From Bigelowiella natans CCMP2755 (taxonomy: Eukaryota; Protista; Cercozoa): DNA of 64,000 nt. The stretch's first letter is position 1, and each line of letters begins with the position of its first letter. Made by a program: the position numbers and the translations under genes. The stretch is taken from positions 12,206-76,205 of the forward strand of contig ADNK01001691.1 in the NCBI GenBank assembly GCA_000320545.1. Direction: 5' to 3'. The notes beneath the pieces were generated by a model, which saw only the letters and a program-made list of their open reading frames with translations, was not told the origin of the DNA and made no database searches. Shown piece after piece: positions 27,503-40,341 of the stretch.

Positions 27503-29409
27503 CTACATTACAATACACCGTTTAGCCGGTTGGCCAAGCTTCCCCTTTTTAGCTCCTGCTCGTTTTTTTAAGACCTTTCGGTGGGAAGCAAGTTGTAGGG
27601 TCACAATGCAATCGAAAGAAAGGGGCGTTATTATCGTTCTTTGTTCTCGGCAGTGCCTTATGTGAGCAATCTAAACGATCTAACTATTTCATATTACCTG
27701 TTGTATGGCCTCATCAAAAACCTACAAATCAAAAAAGACAGAAGAAGTTAGGGTTCGGGCTGACTGCGTGTCCCGCCTTTCCTCGTCTCTAATTAGTTCA
27801 TAAAATGCAGAACGAGAAAGTAGCTATATGCATATTGAGGTCGGATCGCAACGCCGAAGTGATAACACCATTGCTATTATCCTGACACGATCAAAATGCC
27901 GCGAAACAAAATTTATCTCTTGTATCAAATTATCTGCTCCATGCTGTGTATTACCGTTTTCAGGCCCTCAGTTGTCAAAGCGGAGCATTCATGGTAATCC
28001 TGAGCTCCAATTGCGTTTGCGACAGCTATAGCACTCTCCCTACTCACCAAACCCTGCAATACCAGCCAGACAAGCGAATTTAAGCACGCAAGGAGAGAAC
28101 ACATCGCGTGATCGTGCATCGATGGCCGTGGTTTACAACATGCTTCTTGGTGAGTGTGGGCGCTCTAGAACAACTATCGTTGTGTTTGGCCCGCCACAGA
28201 AGCAGCATCCACGAGCACACCATTAATGCATTTTCGGGGACCAATCAACATCCGTGCCAAAGCATTTTTTTCGGTTACGGCGACCTTTCCCTCCTTCCAC
28301 AGCTTCTCTATGGTGTCTTGGCAATGCCGTTTGTCGGACTTGTTCCCAATCAGCAGGAGGATGGAGTTGCCGCTATAGTGTTGTAGTTCCTGATGAGGAG
28401 ATGGAGGGGGAGGAAGAGGTGGAGGGGTGCGGGGGGAGGAAGAGGTGGTGGTGGTTATGGTGGAGGAGGAGGAGGAGGAGAAGGAGGAGGAGGAGGAGGA
28501 ATACAAAGAAGAGGAGGAGTGGGAGACAGAGAGAACACTAGCATGCCGGCGATGAAAGTGACGATGATAGATGAGAAGAAGCAAAAGGAGAAGAGGTTGA
28601 GTCACAAAGTCTATCCATATTTTTTTCTTCTGGTAAATAATACCGGTGCCCATCTCTTACGGACGTTATCAAGTGACGCTGCAGCAATACACAGTCAAGA
28701 GACAGAGAATGTTATGAAGATGAATACGAAAGGTTTATGGGCCTAGATCTCCCTCTGGCTTGAAACCATGCATTCACGCAAGCGTCGGTTTTCACGAGTT
28801 TGGGCAAGGGTCAAATTTATGCAGCTTATCAACAGTTCATACCTGGTTGATCTATGGAGAAAACGACGAGGAAAACGTCTGTATTTCCATACGCCGTCGG
28901 CCGGAGCCGATTGAATACATCCTACCAGAAATTCCTTCAGTAAATTACGAGCCGATTCTCCTCGACAGGGGGGGGGTAACACAAATTTCTTGACGAGAAT
29001 ATTTTTGCACTGTCACAGTCATCTTTATCACCACCATTACCACAGCAATCGTAACCAACCTTTGCTGCCGTGTCCCATATGTTCAAGTTGACCACCTTCT
29101 CATCCACCTACACAAAAAATATAGACGCAGCATCTGACTACCGTTACCTTTTCATTCCCCTTCACGCTCGGAATTAGAAGCGGCACCACGTTCAACCATG
29201 CCAAAACGCTTACCACAAGCTTCGAGTTCACGCTGTCAAACACCGTTTGGACGCTATTTTCCGGGAAGCACTTCTTCGTGTAACTATAGAACATTATCGC
29301 GTATTCAAAACGGCACATCTCTAAGAAGAAGCTGTCCCAACCTCACGAGGAGGCACGTCTTCCCGACATTGCCATCGCCTACGACGACGCACTTTATCGA
29401 CTCACTCAT
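27503..29409 (-). CDS. Rho-family small GTPase (Rac/Cdc42-like) with an atypical switch II and a CAAX end
   Basis: Spliced: MSESIKCVVVGDGNVGKTCLLV|YTKKCFPENSVQTVFDSVNSKLV|VDEKVVNLNIWDTAAK|DVFNRLRPTAYGNTDVFLVVFSIDQP|SLDNVRKRWAP|ELQHYSGNSILLLIGNKSDKR..|..IGAQDYHECSALTTEGLKT|VFDEAIQQ|...KRCIVM*. Confidence 0.9.
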
Positions 29410-29788
29410 TCGAACAACGACCAAATAAACCGAGAGGTTATCCTTGGTGCGGAGCGGAAGAACTCGGGGGAGGGGACTGGTGGCGATCGGAAGTTTGGCA
29501 GCGACCGCTGCTGGTCAATCCTGTCAAACATCGCAAATGAGGAAAAATAAGAAAAGCTCAATATGTTATGTCGCAGAAGAAAATACCATTGTATTTCTCT
29601 CATCTTATCTGAGCGCATGTTTTACATTAATACACACAAAAACCTGCAAATCAAGGGCAATTTCAGGTGAAATCTCACGAGGGATGCAAGAAGTTCTAGA
29701 GTTCTCCCGGATGCCCTCGTTGGAGATTATAAGATATTCTCAGGTATCCTCGAGATTTGTAGAGATTTAATCGTATTTTTCCGAACTG

Positions 29789-30639
29789 ATGTCGTTCATG
29801 AGGCTCGGTCGGAGCTGTTACCGCTCCCCCTGGCTTCTGCCTGTGCCACTGAGATTGAGCAGGGCGCTCTCGACGTGCGCATCTTTCTCCTATCGTAGTA
29901 AGGTCTTCCTTCTAATATGTGATAATCGCAACGGAAGTTGTTGTGTTTCTCATCCGGTTCCCACTCTGTGAAGGCCGAATATCCCGTCGGCCACAATCTT
30001 GGTCAGCTCAACATTGCGAGACTCAAGTATCCAAAGGTCTGCACTATTGTATTTTCCCAATGAGCCTTCAATTCGCCATACCTCTCCTGGGTCTACTATT
30101 TTTCCACACCAAAATAATCGATTATGAGAGGCAAAGCTGTGTGTGCTCCGAACTAGGACGACGAAAGAGTTGGGGATTTTTTTGCTGCTCTGGACAAGGT
30201 CAACGCTGTTGCAGATAAGTCGAACGGGTTTGTGTGGCGCCTGAAGGATGGAGGTGGAGACGCTACTAGTTTCCAGATCGAAGCGGAAGACCCCTCAGCG
30301 CTTTCGACACTGTCTGTTTGGGAAAACCCCGAGTCTTTGATAAGGTATGAACGCACCATGGCTGCTCAATTGTCGTAATCTGCAGCCCCAATCTGCAGGT
30401 ATACTTTCAAATCCGTGCACAAACTATATTTCAAACGCCGATCCGAGTGGTTCAAGCCGTCCCAAGTGGACTTCGTCATGTGGTGGATACCGGAGGGAGA
30501 AATTCCAACGCTTGCAGAAGCAAAGGAGCGGTTGCACTTGCTTCGCGAACACGGCCCATCCGAGAAAGCATTTGGATGGGGATCGTTACCGGGGGAGCTT
30601 AGAGAAGAGGTCAGTCTGAGCCGCCAAAATCACGCCTGA
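29789..30639 (+). CDS. DUF3291-family protein with a putative mitochondrial presequence, 3 introns
   Basis: MSFMRLGRSCYRSPWLLPVPLRLSRALST (R/S/L-rich, no acidic residues)|AEYPVGHNLGQLNIARLKYPK|DDERVGDFFAALDKVNAVADKSNGFVWRL...LSVWENPESLIR|YTFKSVHKLYFKRRSEWF...VMWWIPEGEIPTLAEAKERLHLLREHGPSEKAF matches the bacterial DUF3291 pattern. Confidence 0.85.
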
Positions 30640-30821
30640 CGATTTGCAGCAATTAAAATTTAAAAATCCCCATACACATTTTCGAAGCTTTTGCATTTAA
30701 GGAGGATCATCATATAAACTATTAGCTAGAGAAAACCAGGCGCAAGTAATTATTGCCATAATCATCTACTGCGGCGTCCTTTCTTTCATGGCATTTGCGT
30801 CCAGCGATAGTAGACACATCG

Positions 30822-30852
<31 letters not shown>

Positions 30853-31346
30853 ACATATATATTATATAGCACTGTCTATGGTAGCGGTTATTTCATTGTT
30901 ATATATTGTGCGTGGTCATACAGCAGCGCCATTGTGCTTGCATTTTAAACCGCTATCTGGGCATTTCCACAGGCATAAGCCTACGCTATTTGGCTATATG
31001 TGACACAAATACAATTTACACCATCATATATATACTAGTACTGCGTATAGTGGCGTACTTGCATTCATCCTGCTATATTGTATTTGTCATCGCGTGACTT
31101 GTACGACTGACTAAAAATAAGCATGCATCGCATGCAGTACGTCGTCATAATAGCAGTCTATTCTACTATTTGTTGTGACATCCATGCCACAACGAACGAC
31201 GTGTCTGACAAAATGAGTATCGTACGTATGCCTGTGCGCGCATATATATATGCATAATTATATTGTGTGTCTGCTGCGCTTTTTACATGCTAGCTAGCAA
31301 GCTAGCACGTCTCCAGCTTGATAGTCAGTCTAAAATTGAGACGCAT

Positions 31347-33218
31347 TCATTGTGCATTCGTCATTGTTCGTAGGTTGCGACGATGCTTCCTCGTTCGTTT
31401 TTGGAGGCTAGCTAGTTTTTTCTCTGATGCGCGCAGCGCTTGGATGATGTCTTGTGTAGATGCGCGTGACGTTCTTGGGCGGCCATGCCCGCCTTTGTTC
31501 GAGGCGTAACTACTTCCCCTTTTCACCGCCCCTCGTGTTTTGGTTTTTAATGAATAGGTCCCCGTTCTCTCGCTGGCCACACCACGTTTATCATCATTCG
31601 TCATTCTCGGCTCACTTCGCGTTTCGCCGGCATCGTCGTTCAAGGAAGGAGGTACCACATGCAAATCCATCGGATTAAAAGAAGCCCACCCTGAAAGAGC
31701 AGTCCGATCACCTCTCTGATCAAACGCCTGTTTCCTTTCCCTTCGTTCCCTAAAGTCGAAATTGCAATCTTCTTCATGTCTTGGCTCAGCCAGAGGGAAT
31801 CGCCCACGAGATCCTAGTGTTGTTCGCTTTAGCAAAGCGATACTATCCCTCCCATTCAGTCGGGGTTCTGCCTGTTTCAAGGAGGACGCTAGCAACGGAA
31901 GAGATAGCTTTGAGCGCTGGACGTCGTACCTCCTCTTCCGTTCGCTTTCTCGCCGCAATGCACAAAGTCGACATTCGGCGCGATGATGATGAGAAGTCAA
32001 GCTTCCCAGCAAATGTGCGAGATCATCATCATTCTCGTCATCCAGCTGTGCTGTCCCCATTTTGTCTAAGCGATCTCTGGAGGTGGCATGTTCAGTTCGG
32101 GGGCAATCTCGTTCGCTATGATCGCTCGTCTGACCGGATTTTACGGCTGATTCGCCGGTTGTTTCTCCATCGAGAGGAAGTACAGCTTCATTACTCTGCT
32201 GCCGTTGAGTCTCACCGTCGCGGTGTAGCGAGTTTGAGAGGCAACTATGATCATCGTGACGGTCGCTTTGGATTGAAACATGGTGCTCTTTTTGACCTTT
32301 TCTATGTGAGATACCGGCATCGACAAATGCCGTTTTCTCCTCTTTCCCCCTCCTCCCTCTAACCTCTTTGTCGTGAGAATGCGCTTCAGCCTTCTCCTTC
32401 TTCTCCTCATCGGCCTCCATTTGACCATCGATGCTCGGGTTGTAGAAGACCTCCATCCATATCGGCACGCCCTCGAGCAGTCCCAACGTCGGATACTGAT
32501 GCGAGACGTGATGGGAGGCGGAAGCGGGCAATGGCGAAGAGGAAGAAGAGGAAGAAACCGACGCATACAGAACAGGAGGCTTTCGATGCTGCTGTCTACG
32601 CCCCCCCCCGGCGCTGCTTTTCTTCATGGTCGCCCCTCTTCGTTTATTCATTCTCTTAATTGACTCCAGCTTCTGTTTGGTCCTTTGCTCTGTCCGTATC
32701 TCTCGTGCCTGTGCGCTCCAACAGTGGCGCGGAAAGGATTCTGATGAAAGCGCGTGTTCTACCGCTTCTTGGGGCGATTTCAGGCGGATGTACCGGTCGT
32801 TGAGGCTGCTCCACTCGTGGCGCAGCCACTCTTCCTGCGTGTGGAATTGGCACGAGGACAACAACGGCGACTCTATATCGGATGTCGCATTTTCATGTGA
32901 TACTGGTGAGGGAATTTCGCCCTCTGCAGCGTTGCTTGCTTCTCCATTTTCTTCGATATTGTGATGCTCCTCCTCGGTCGTATCCTCGCCTCTCGGAGTG
33001 TCGGCGGCTGCATTTGATCCAGGATGGCAGTCCGAGTGCTCGTCGCTGCTGGGCGGGGCGTGATTCCGGCGATCTCTTTCTTTTGGCGCAACCGTATCGT
33101 TTAGATCTTCGTTCTTGCAGTTTTTCTCTTCCTCTGGGATGTCGAACTTGCGGTCATCGATATGGCGGGAAGGTGGTTGGCTGCGTGGCTCTTCGTTCTT
33201 CTCTGTGAAAAAAGTCAT
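31347..33218 (-). CDS. Hypothetical intronless 623-aa low-complexity protein
   Basis: Single long ORF, charged and probably disordered, with no recognisable motif. It is divergent from the SPRY gene. Confidence 0.55.
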   Translation of the reverse strand: MTFFTEKNEEPRSQPPSRHIDDRKFDIPEEEKNCKNEDLNDTVAPKERDRRNHAPPSSDEHSDCHPGSNAAADTPRGEDTTEEEHHNIEENGEASNAAEGEIPSPVSHENATSDIESPLLSSCQFHTQEEWLRHEWSSLNDRYIRLKSPQEAVEHALSSESFPRHCWSAQAREIRTEQRTKQKLESIKRMNKRRGATMKKSSAGGGRRQQHRKPPVLYASVSSSSSSSPLPASASHHVSHQYPTLGLLEGVPIWMEVFYNPSIDGQMEADEEKKEKAEAHSHDKEVRGRRGKEEKTAFVDAGISHRKGQKEHHVSIQSDRHDDHSCLSNSLHRDGETQRQQSNEAVLPLDGETTGESAVKSGQTSDHSERDCPRTEHATSRDRLDKMGTAQLDDENDDDLAHLLGSLTSHHHRAECRLCALRRESERKRRYDVQRSKLSLPLLASSLKQAEPRLNGRDSIALLKRTTLGSRGRFPLAEPRHEEDCNFDFRERRERKQAFDQRGDRTALSGWASFNPMDLHVVPPSLNDDAGETRSEPRMTNDDKRGVASERTGTYSLKTKTRGAVKRGSSYASNKGGHGRPRTSRASTQDIIQALRASEKKLASLQKRTRKHRRNLRTMTNAQ

Positions 33219-33488
33219 ATGAATCGTTGCGGTTTTAGGAGCTACGATGCGACGGCAGCAGGAACAAAACGACGATGATAGTGAGCGACGAAACCTGGCG
33301 GGAGTAGCTTTCGGTACTTTAGATCATTGCTCTGGAACCGATGGATCAGTTCTGCCCCCGAATAAAAAAGCAGCAGGTTAGTGATGTGAGCAAGAGCGCT
33401 CTAGGCGACAACACGAATCGATTCAAAACCACCTTCAAGCTGCTGTTTGTGCTTCTTGATCTGTGCCTTGATACTCAAGTTCGACTTC

Positions 33489-34381
33489 ATGGCGTGCGGT
33501 CGCCCACCCGCTCCAAAGCGGAAAAACACCAGATCAGCAGACACGGCCGATGCTACCTCGCCTTACTTCAATAGCATTCCTCGTCATCCCACTAATGCTC
33601 CCATCCCTCTCGCACATCGGCTACCGCTCCGTTTCACAGTGTATTCCTTCTCGGCGCTGGTTCTCCCCCTGCCTGTGTCCACACTACCTATTCAACGGCT
33701 ACTCTCGCTGTGGGCGGGTGCAGACGAGAGGTCGATGTTGGACAAACTGGCTCCGGGCAGAATATTTAGGAAATACTCAGCTTATCTCTCCCAATCAGAA
33801 AAAAAATCGTTGCAACAAAAGCAACAATTCTACCCGAAGTTTAAAATTAATCGGGGATTTATGCATTACGACTCGATGGTTTCCATGCATATCCTCAAAA
33901 TCGTACGTGTTTTGACACACGAGGAAATATTATCGCAGATATATCCGATCTTCTTGCCCCCCCAGCAAGACGTAGAAGAGCGAGCGATCGCTTACGCGCC
34001 ACATCCACCATCTACATAGCCTTGTCTTAGACCAGTTCTTACGGCTTCTGGATCCGATCTCCTGCCCATTCCGGACAAATCTGTGCGCGCAATGGCGGAC
34101 ACCCCAGTCAAGGTCTGCTCTTTTTTTCTTGCGTTAGGAGCACGTCGTGGGGAATTCTAACAACATTTTTGGGCTGTTGAAAATTGATTTCGAAGGATCA
34201 GAAGGATACATCATGCTTGACGTCGACGCATAAGCAGGAGGGGGTCAAAAACGGGGGGACGAAGGAGAATAAGACACAAGATTCTAAACAAAAGACAGGG
34301 GGATGGGTGAGGACACCCTTTGGCTTTGGACGCATTAAGGTATATACGAAGACTTTTGTGATATTTTTGTACATATTCTTG

Positions 34382-34461
<80 letters not shown>

Positions 34462-34799
34462 CCCCCTAACGCATATTGGGATATCGTTTTGCATTCACCA
34501 GGAAGTCGGGGCTGCAGTGTCAAGCGTTGAGGCGAAATTCGGCACTATTTACCTCCCTACGAAGCTAATAAAGGATCATATTGAGCTAAAGGTGAGAACA
34601 GAAACTTAACATACGCATCCACACCATGTTCAATGTGCACGCATATGCGCCCAGGTGACGACATTCTACAAGAAGAAACAGCACGTCCTCATGAAGCTGA
34701 GGCCAGATCAAACCGGCGAGAACATACGCGACGGAATCTGCAAGAAGTTCGCATGCTCCAGGGAAGAGGTTCTTCCATCACTCCAAACCTGCATTCACG

Positions 34800-34831
<32 letters not shown>

Positions 34832-35161
34832 GAGTTGCTAACCCCCCCCCTGACTGCCATGCCATGCCATGCTATCTCTCCTTTTGGCGAGCCCCCTGCT
34901 GGTAAACATAGCGATAACAATATGACTAGGTGCGCTTGGTTCTGCGCGGGGTAGAGCTGACCAGCGAGCAGATACGATCCCCAGTTTCGACTCTCCAGTT
35001 TCCGATTGGGAAGGAGGTAAATGGGAAATCTATAATCGCTTTTGGCATTCAATGAGCGACTGTGAGGGGCCCTTTCTCGTGCGGGTGATGACCCCTCTAC
35101 GAGGGGTTCGGTGCGGGGAAACTAAAAGAGAGTCGTGGTTTCACAGCAAACCCCCCCCTCC

Positions 35162-35196
<35 letters not shown>

Positions 35197-36603
35197 ACTC
35201 ACTCACCATCTTGCGTCGCGACAAAAATGCAATCATCAGGGACTGGAGATTCTGTTCGTCCACGAAAGCAGCCACAACTTCAAGTTTGAAGATCCCTCGC
35301 GGAGGAGCCTTGGTGGGGAGTTGAACGCCGTTAGCTTTGATCTTATCGAGCAGTAGCAGCAGGGAGGGAGGGAGGGAGGGAGGGAGGGAGGGAGGGGGGG
35401 GTGGGGTTGCAACTTAGTAGTCAAGCCACGGTTCTAACCAAGCTCATCACTTGCTTGCGGCATGGCGCATTGCCGTGCCGCGAGTGACAGATGAAGAAGC
35501 TCGTGCGTTCTTTCCTGCGCGCGAGTTTTTACTTCTTCCGCATGACTCCTCTTATCGATGTACTTTTCCCATGCCGATGCAGTCTGTGCTGCCGCGCTAG
35601 TAAGTCGCGTTGTCGATAAGAGATGATAGGTTAATTGTGTTGTTGTTGTTGTTGTTGTTGTTGTTGTCGTTGTCGTTGTAGGCTCTTCCCCTTCCCTGGG
35701 TCTGATTGGAGGGCTCCATCTTTCGAGCAACAAGCTCAGCGTCACGAAGATGAAGAAAGACCGTGACCATACCGTGCGTGGGAACGTGCTTTTGACAAAG
35801 TAGAGGACATTCGTGCAGGCAGCAGCAGCCGCCGCAATTGTTGTCTTGCAATGAAGAAAAAGGAAAAGGGGGGAGATGGGGTTGTTGTTGTTCTCCGTAG
35901 TGAGAAAACACAGCAAACAAAATAGGAGAATGATTCTCTCAGCAGATTTGATTTACGTGAAACTACTAATCGGTGAGCGATCCCCACATTCACAAGATGC
36001 CTTTGATTATCCCACCATCAGAGGAAAGACTTTCTGGGACGTCCATATAGACAAGTACGGTGCCACTTGTACCATCTCACATCCGTACACAGCGTGTATT
36101 GATCTTTTGCAGTAAATGCTGACTCTCTCATGATATCCGCGCACAAAGCATGCCCTTTATTAAAGATCAAGATAGGGTATTGACCAAACGCCTAAATTCC
36201 CTTCTTTACCCCCCCCCCTCCCCCTTACTCGCCCCGCCAGCTCGAAAATCGGCCGGATTAACCTCGGGGTACAACCAAGAAATGCGGAGACGAAGAGAGA
36301 AAAGAGCAGATAGTTAGAAAAGTGATCTCATCATCGAGAGGCATTGCTTCCTGGTGTAAAATGGCTGCCATCAGGAATACGCGCCCGCGTGCATGTGCCC
36401 CCCCCGCATATGCACGATAACATACACCCTTGTGTTTCTGTGTGTGTGCTACACCGCGCGACCATGACGCAGGTATGTGTGGAGGCTCAGCAGCAAACGG
36501 TTTATGTGGGCCAGAACGCTCACGGATGGGGGTATTATGGATCCAACGGGGAGGTGAGAGCTGCCGGCTAGCGCAGCAATCAGCGACGATAATAGGGGGA
36601 AAT

Positions 36604-36643
<40 letters not shown>

Positions 36644-36672
36644 CGGTTGGTGAAAGTTTGGAATTGCGGAAA

Positions 36673-36703
<31 letters not shown>

Positions 36704-37011
36704 CGCATTACATCTACTTGGATCACCATCAACTCATTATTCGGAGCGAGAGGAAGAGGGGAAGCTGAGGGAGGAGTGAGAATGCAGCACTTTGCCTCTT
36801 CTCTCTGTGCGGCAGACCTCCCAATGCAATCCGAACATCTCGTAGTATTAACTCCGTGTGTAAGCAATCGTCCGCGACTAACAAAGATACGGCTGTCAAT
36901 GAAACATCTCTTCCCCCGCAGAAGGAGCACGCTAGCCGCTCTGACTACTATGGACAAGCGTATACGACTGGTGCGTGATATACTACATCACGTGTATCAT
37001 AATATATATTT

Positions 37012-37090
<79 letters not shown>

Positions 37091-37180
37091 CTTGTGCGTG
37101 TGTGTTTAATAAGTAAAAGAAAATGAGAAAGGAGAGTGGCTTCTCGATGCAGGGCATCATGCCATGCATAGAACGCTCGC

Positions 37181-37217
<37 letters not shown>

Positions 37218-37780
37218 TCCCGTTGATCGATTAGGAGACACGGTGCGCGTTATGGTCGACATGGAGAGTCGCACTCTTGCTTTTAAGAAGAACAGCGAAG
37301 ACTACGGAATAGGTTGATCGAGCGTTTGTTCTCCGCACTCTCTTCTTCTCTCTCGCCGCCGCCATTGAGCGTCTGGGCATGTGTAGATGTCGCAGTCGAG
37401 ACGTGGACTCCGCGTTCAGTTGAAAAGCCGCTCATTGCGATTTCAAGGCTATCAGCGACTTTTCGCAGCAACTGATGTTTCTCAAAACCAACGATTTATT
37501 CATCTTTCGCGCGCGCGCCCCGTGGCATTGTCTGCCGCAGGGAGAAGAAGAAGAGTCATCTCGAAGGAGAGAGATCCGTACGCCGCCTTTGACGTTGCAG
37601 CTGCTTGTTCTCTCGACGTTCCATCTGCCGCCGTACGATTGACTTTCTTTTAGTAACCATGATTGTATGATTGTTTGTTATTATTCAGCTTTCAAGAACA
37701 TCCCGAGTAGGGTGTACCCAGCGTTCACGTTGTACAATGTTGGCGACAAGATCACTCTGAGACGATTCGGCACTTTCTAA
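33489..37780 (+). CDS. SPRY/B30.2-domain protein, multi-exon
   Basis: Exons IRGKTFWDVHIDKY, VYVGQNAHGWGYYGSNGE, GDTVRVMVDMESRTLAFKKNSEDYG and VYPAFTLYNVGDKITL* follow the SPRY strand pattern. N-terminal exons include VRTPFGFGRIK and a possible ubiquitin-like segment. Confidence 0.75.
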
Positions 37781-38993
37781 ACAGCTCATGACGATATGCC
37801 GTTATCTATTATATATATATATATAATAGATATATATATATATATGTACATAATTATGGAACATATCCGGATTCATATTGAGTAGTTTCGGATGGTAAAA
37901 GGAAGCAATAGAAGGAGCCAGGGACAGCTACACAGAACGTCTACCATGTAGCAAAATGACCATCCTATTTAGTGTAATAGCTATGCAAATCAACGGCCAC
38001 AGCGCTCAAACTGTGTTTCCCCGTTCTTACGTATTGCACATGCTAGCATGCAACACTAGCAAGCGCAATTGCAAGCGGTAACTGCATGTACAACGGATAT
38101 GGGCTACAGTGTTAGAGTAGATCGGAGTGCAGCGCATTCGTCATCATTGATCAATTGAAACTATGCCACGGCTCTGTTCTCTGATGGACAAATGTGACAT
38201 TGTGCAATTACATCTCGCGTACACACAGCAAAAAGAAGTGTTATATCAGTGTAGCCATTGCTAGATTGCGATGCACAGCTGCGATGGATGTCGCTGTCGC
38301 ATTGTTTTCATGGGACCTTTGAAATAAAATGCAATGCACATTTTACTAGTAGCTACAAAGTAGAGCGAGGATGCAAACTCCTCAAGAGAATAACGTTTTC
38401 CAACCTAGCAACCCGCTGCTGGCAGGTGTGCAATGCGCGATACATGCAGCGTCGTCCAACCAGCGCTCACAAACATGCTCGATCCAGCGCGCCGCTTCGA
38501 GGCGAGTCAAGCGATGCGCGCTAGCGCGGGACGTGCAAGCTAGCTAGAAGCGTCCGGCACGTTACGTCATTAGAATCATAATATTTAATGCGCTAATGCG
38601 TGTCAACATCTAGCAATCAATGCTAGAATAAGTGAAGTGGTACATCCACGCTCAACTGTGCAATGTTGTTGACTTTTTGATCATGTCATGGCGAAATTGC
38701 ACCTATCATGCAAGTCATGTCTAGATGTGTTACATTGCCAGTATATCAGCGGCGGCTATTATTTATTTCCTTGCATCCTAGTTTATGTTTTGATGCGACT
38801 AGACACATGCTGTTACGTTGTCTCTGTTCACATAAAGGTTGATAATGTTGGCAATTGTCACATGCGCATGTGTACAGCATCGCATATGTGCGTCAGATCA
38901 TACATGAGATATTTTGCTTCTAAAATAATAACGTATAACTCGTCAACGGAAAAACGTGCGACTTTTCTTCGCGACCAGATGTCTAATTACACT

Positions 38994-40341
38994 CTATGGC
39001 TTCACGTTCAGGAGAAGATTCTGCCCATCTTTCCCCGAGGGAAGGTATGTTATGTTGCGAGATCGAGCAAGTGTCTCAGAAATTTCCTTTGCAGTGTCGA
39101 TCTTCCTCATCATTACCAAACCGGGGCCGTACTTTGATACTGCCTTCGCGACCAGCTCGGCGGATTCCGCATCCCCCTCAGCTTGAATAACTTTGGCTTG
39201 CCGCTCTTGCTCAGCCTAGGGCAGGGTGCAAAGAAAACGATGAATGGGGACGATAACAGATGGGCGTTGTTCCAAATATTATTACCCTCATAACGACAAA
39301 CTTCGCCCGTTCAGCCAACTGCGAAGCCACTTGCTTGTCTTCAATGGCCCTCGAGAAGTCTCCGGAGAAGTTCAAGTGGGTCTGCAAAAAATGGCGATGA
39401 GCTTAGGAACCGGATGGATTGCGTCGGGTGTTATGCCAACTACTCACGATCGAAACGTCGTCGAGGAGAATGTTGAAGGCGTTCAGGCGCTCCCTTAGGT
39501 TTTGGCGGATTTCCAGCGACACCTTGCGACCAAACAAAATACACAGCAGCCTCAGCGCAACATGCACACCGCCCGTCGATGCATGCTCGAGCAGCGCTCG
39601 GCCTCGCGTGCGATCGGAACCTTATCTCTTTGCGTTAGAAGCTGGTCCGCGTTGTATTGTGCCTGATATCCCAGGGGCAGGAAGCTGTCATCTTATTATA
39701 GGTCGGGGAGTTAGAGTAGATTCGAATGTTTACCACGGTCCCTTTTAGCACTTCGTTAACGAGAGAGGGAAGGACCCGCTCGTCGTAATCGGGGCCTAGA
39801 GTTTGATATATCTCTGACAGATGGCGTGTATCTGGCTTCGACAGAACTCGGAGCGTAAGATTCACGTTTTGCAGATCTGTAGAAACCAACCATCACCAAG
39901 AAGCTCCATTACACTTGATCAGCATAGTCGAGACGAGGGAAGTTGTCACCTTTCGACGCCGTCTGCGTTTTTACGGAGCGAGGCCGTGTCCTCACGTCCA
40001 TAATGATTGGCGTCTATTGACGAGAGAAAAACTCAGATCACCCCCCCCACATGTTCTCCACAACGATTACGACTCTACCTCCATGAAAGGGATGTAAGGA
40101 TGGGTCCTCTCGTCATAGACGTCCTTTTGGATTCCGCCACTGAAGCGCTTGAACATGATCGCTCGTTTCCCTGGTTCGACTAAGGATTGTTATTGGTGGC
40201 GATCACGAAGCTGTTTGCATCTGTTTCTAACAACTCGCTCTTAAAGGGACCATTGAAAAGACAGTTGTATCCGATGAAGCCGGCGAGACCTGCTCCAAAC
40301 CCGGCCACTCTGGCAGCTTTTCCAAAGAATTGTGCGCACAT
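38994..40341 (-). CDS. PHB: Prohibitin (PHB/SPFH family), multi-exon
   Basis: [10 protein letters not shown]|[15 protein letters not shown]..; [16 protein letters not shown]...[23 protein letters not shown]; [19 protein letters not shown]; [16 protein letters not shown]; [23 protein letters not shown]...LLLNVKP*. PHB1 versus PHB2 was not resolved. Confidence 0.92.

Noticed and set aside
29690-29770. GAAGTTCTAGAGTTCTC in the Rho/DUF3291 divergent promoter considered as an HSE
   Set aside because: The spacing is off-phase (GAAnTTC) and there are fewer than three correctly alternating pentamers.
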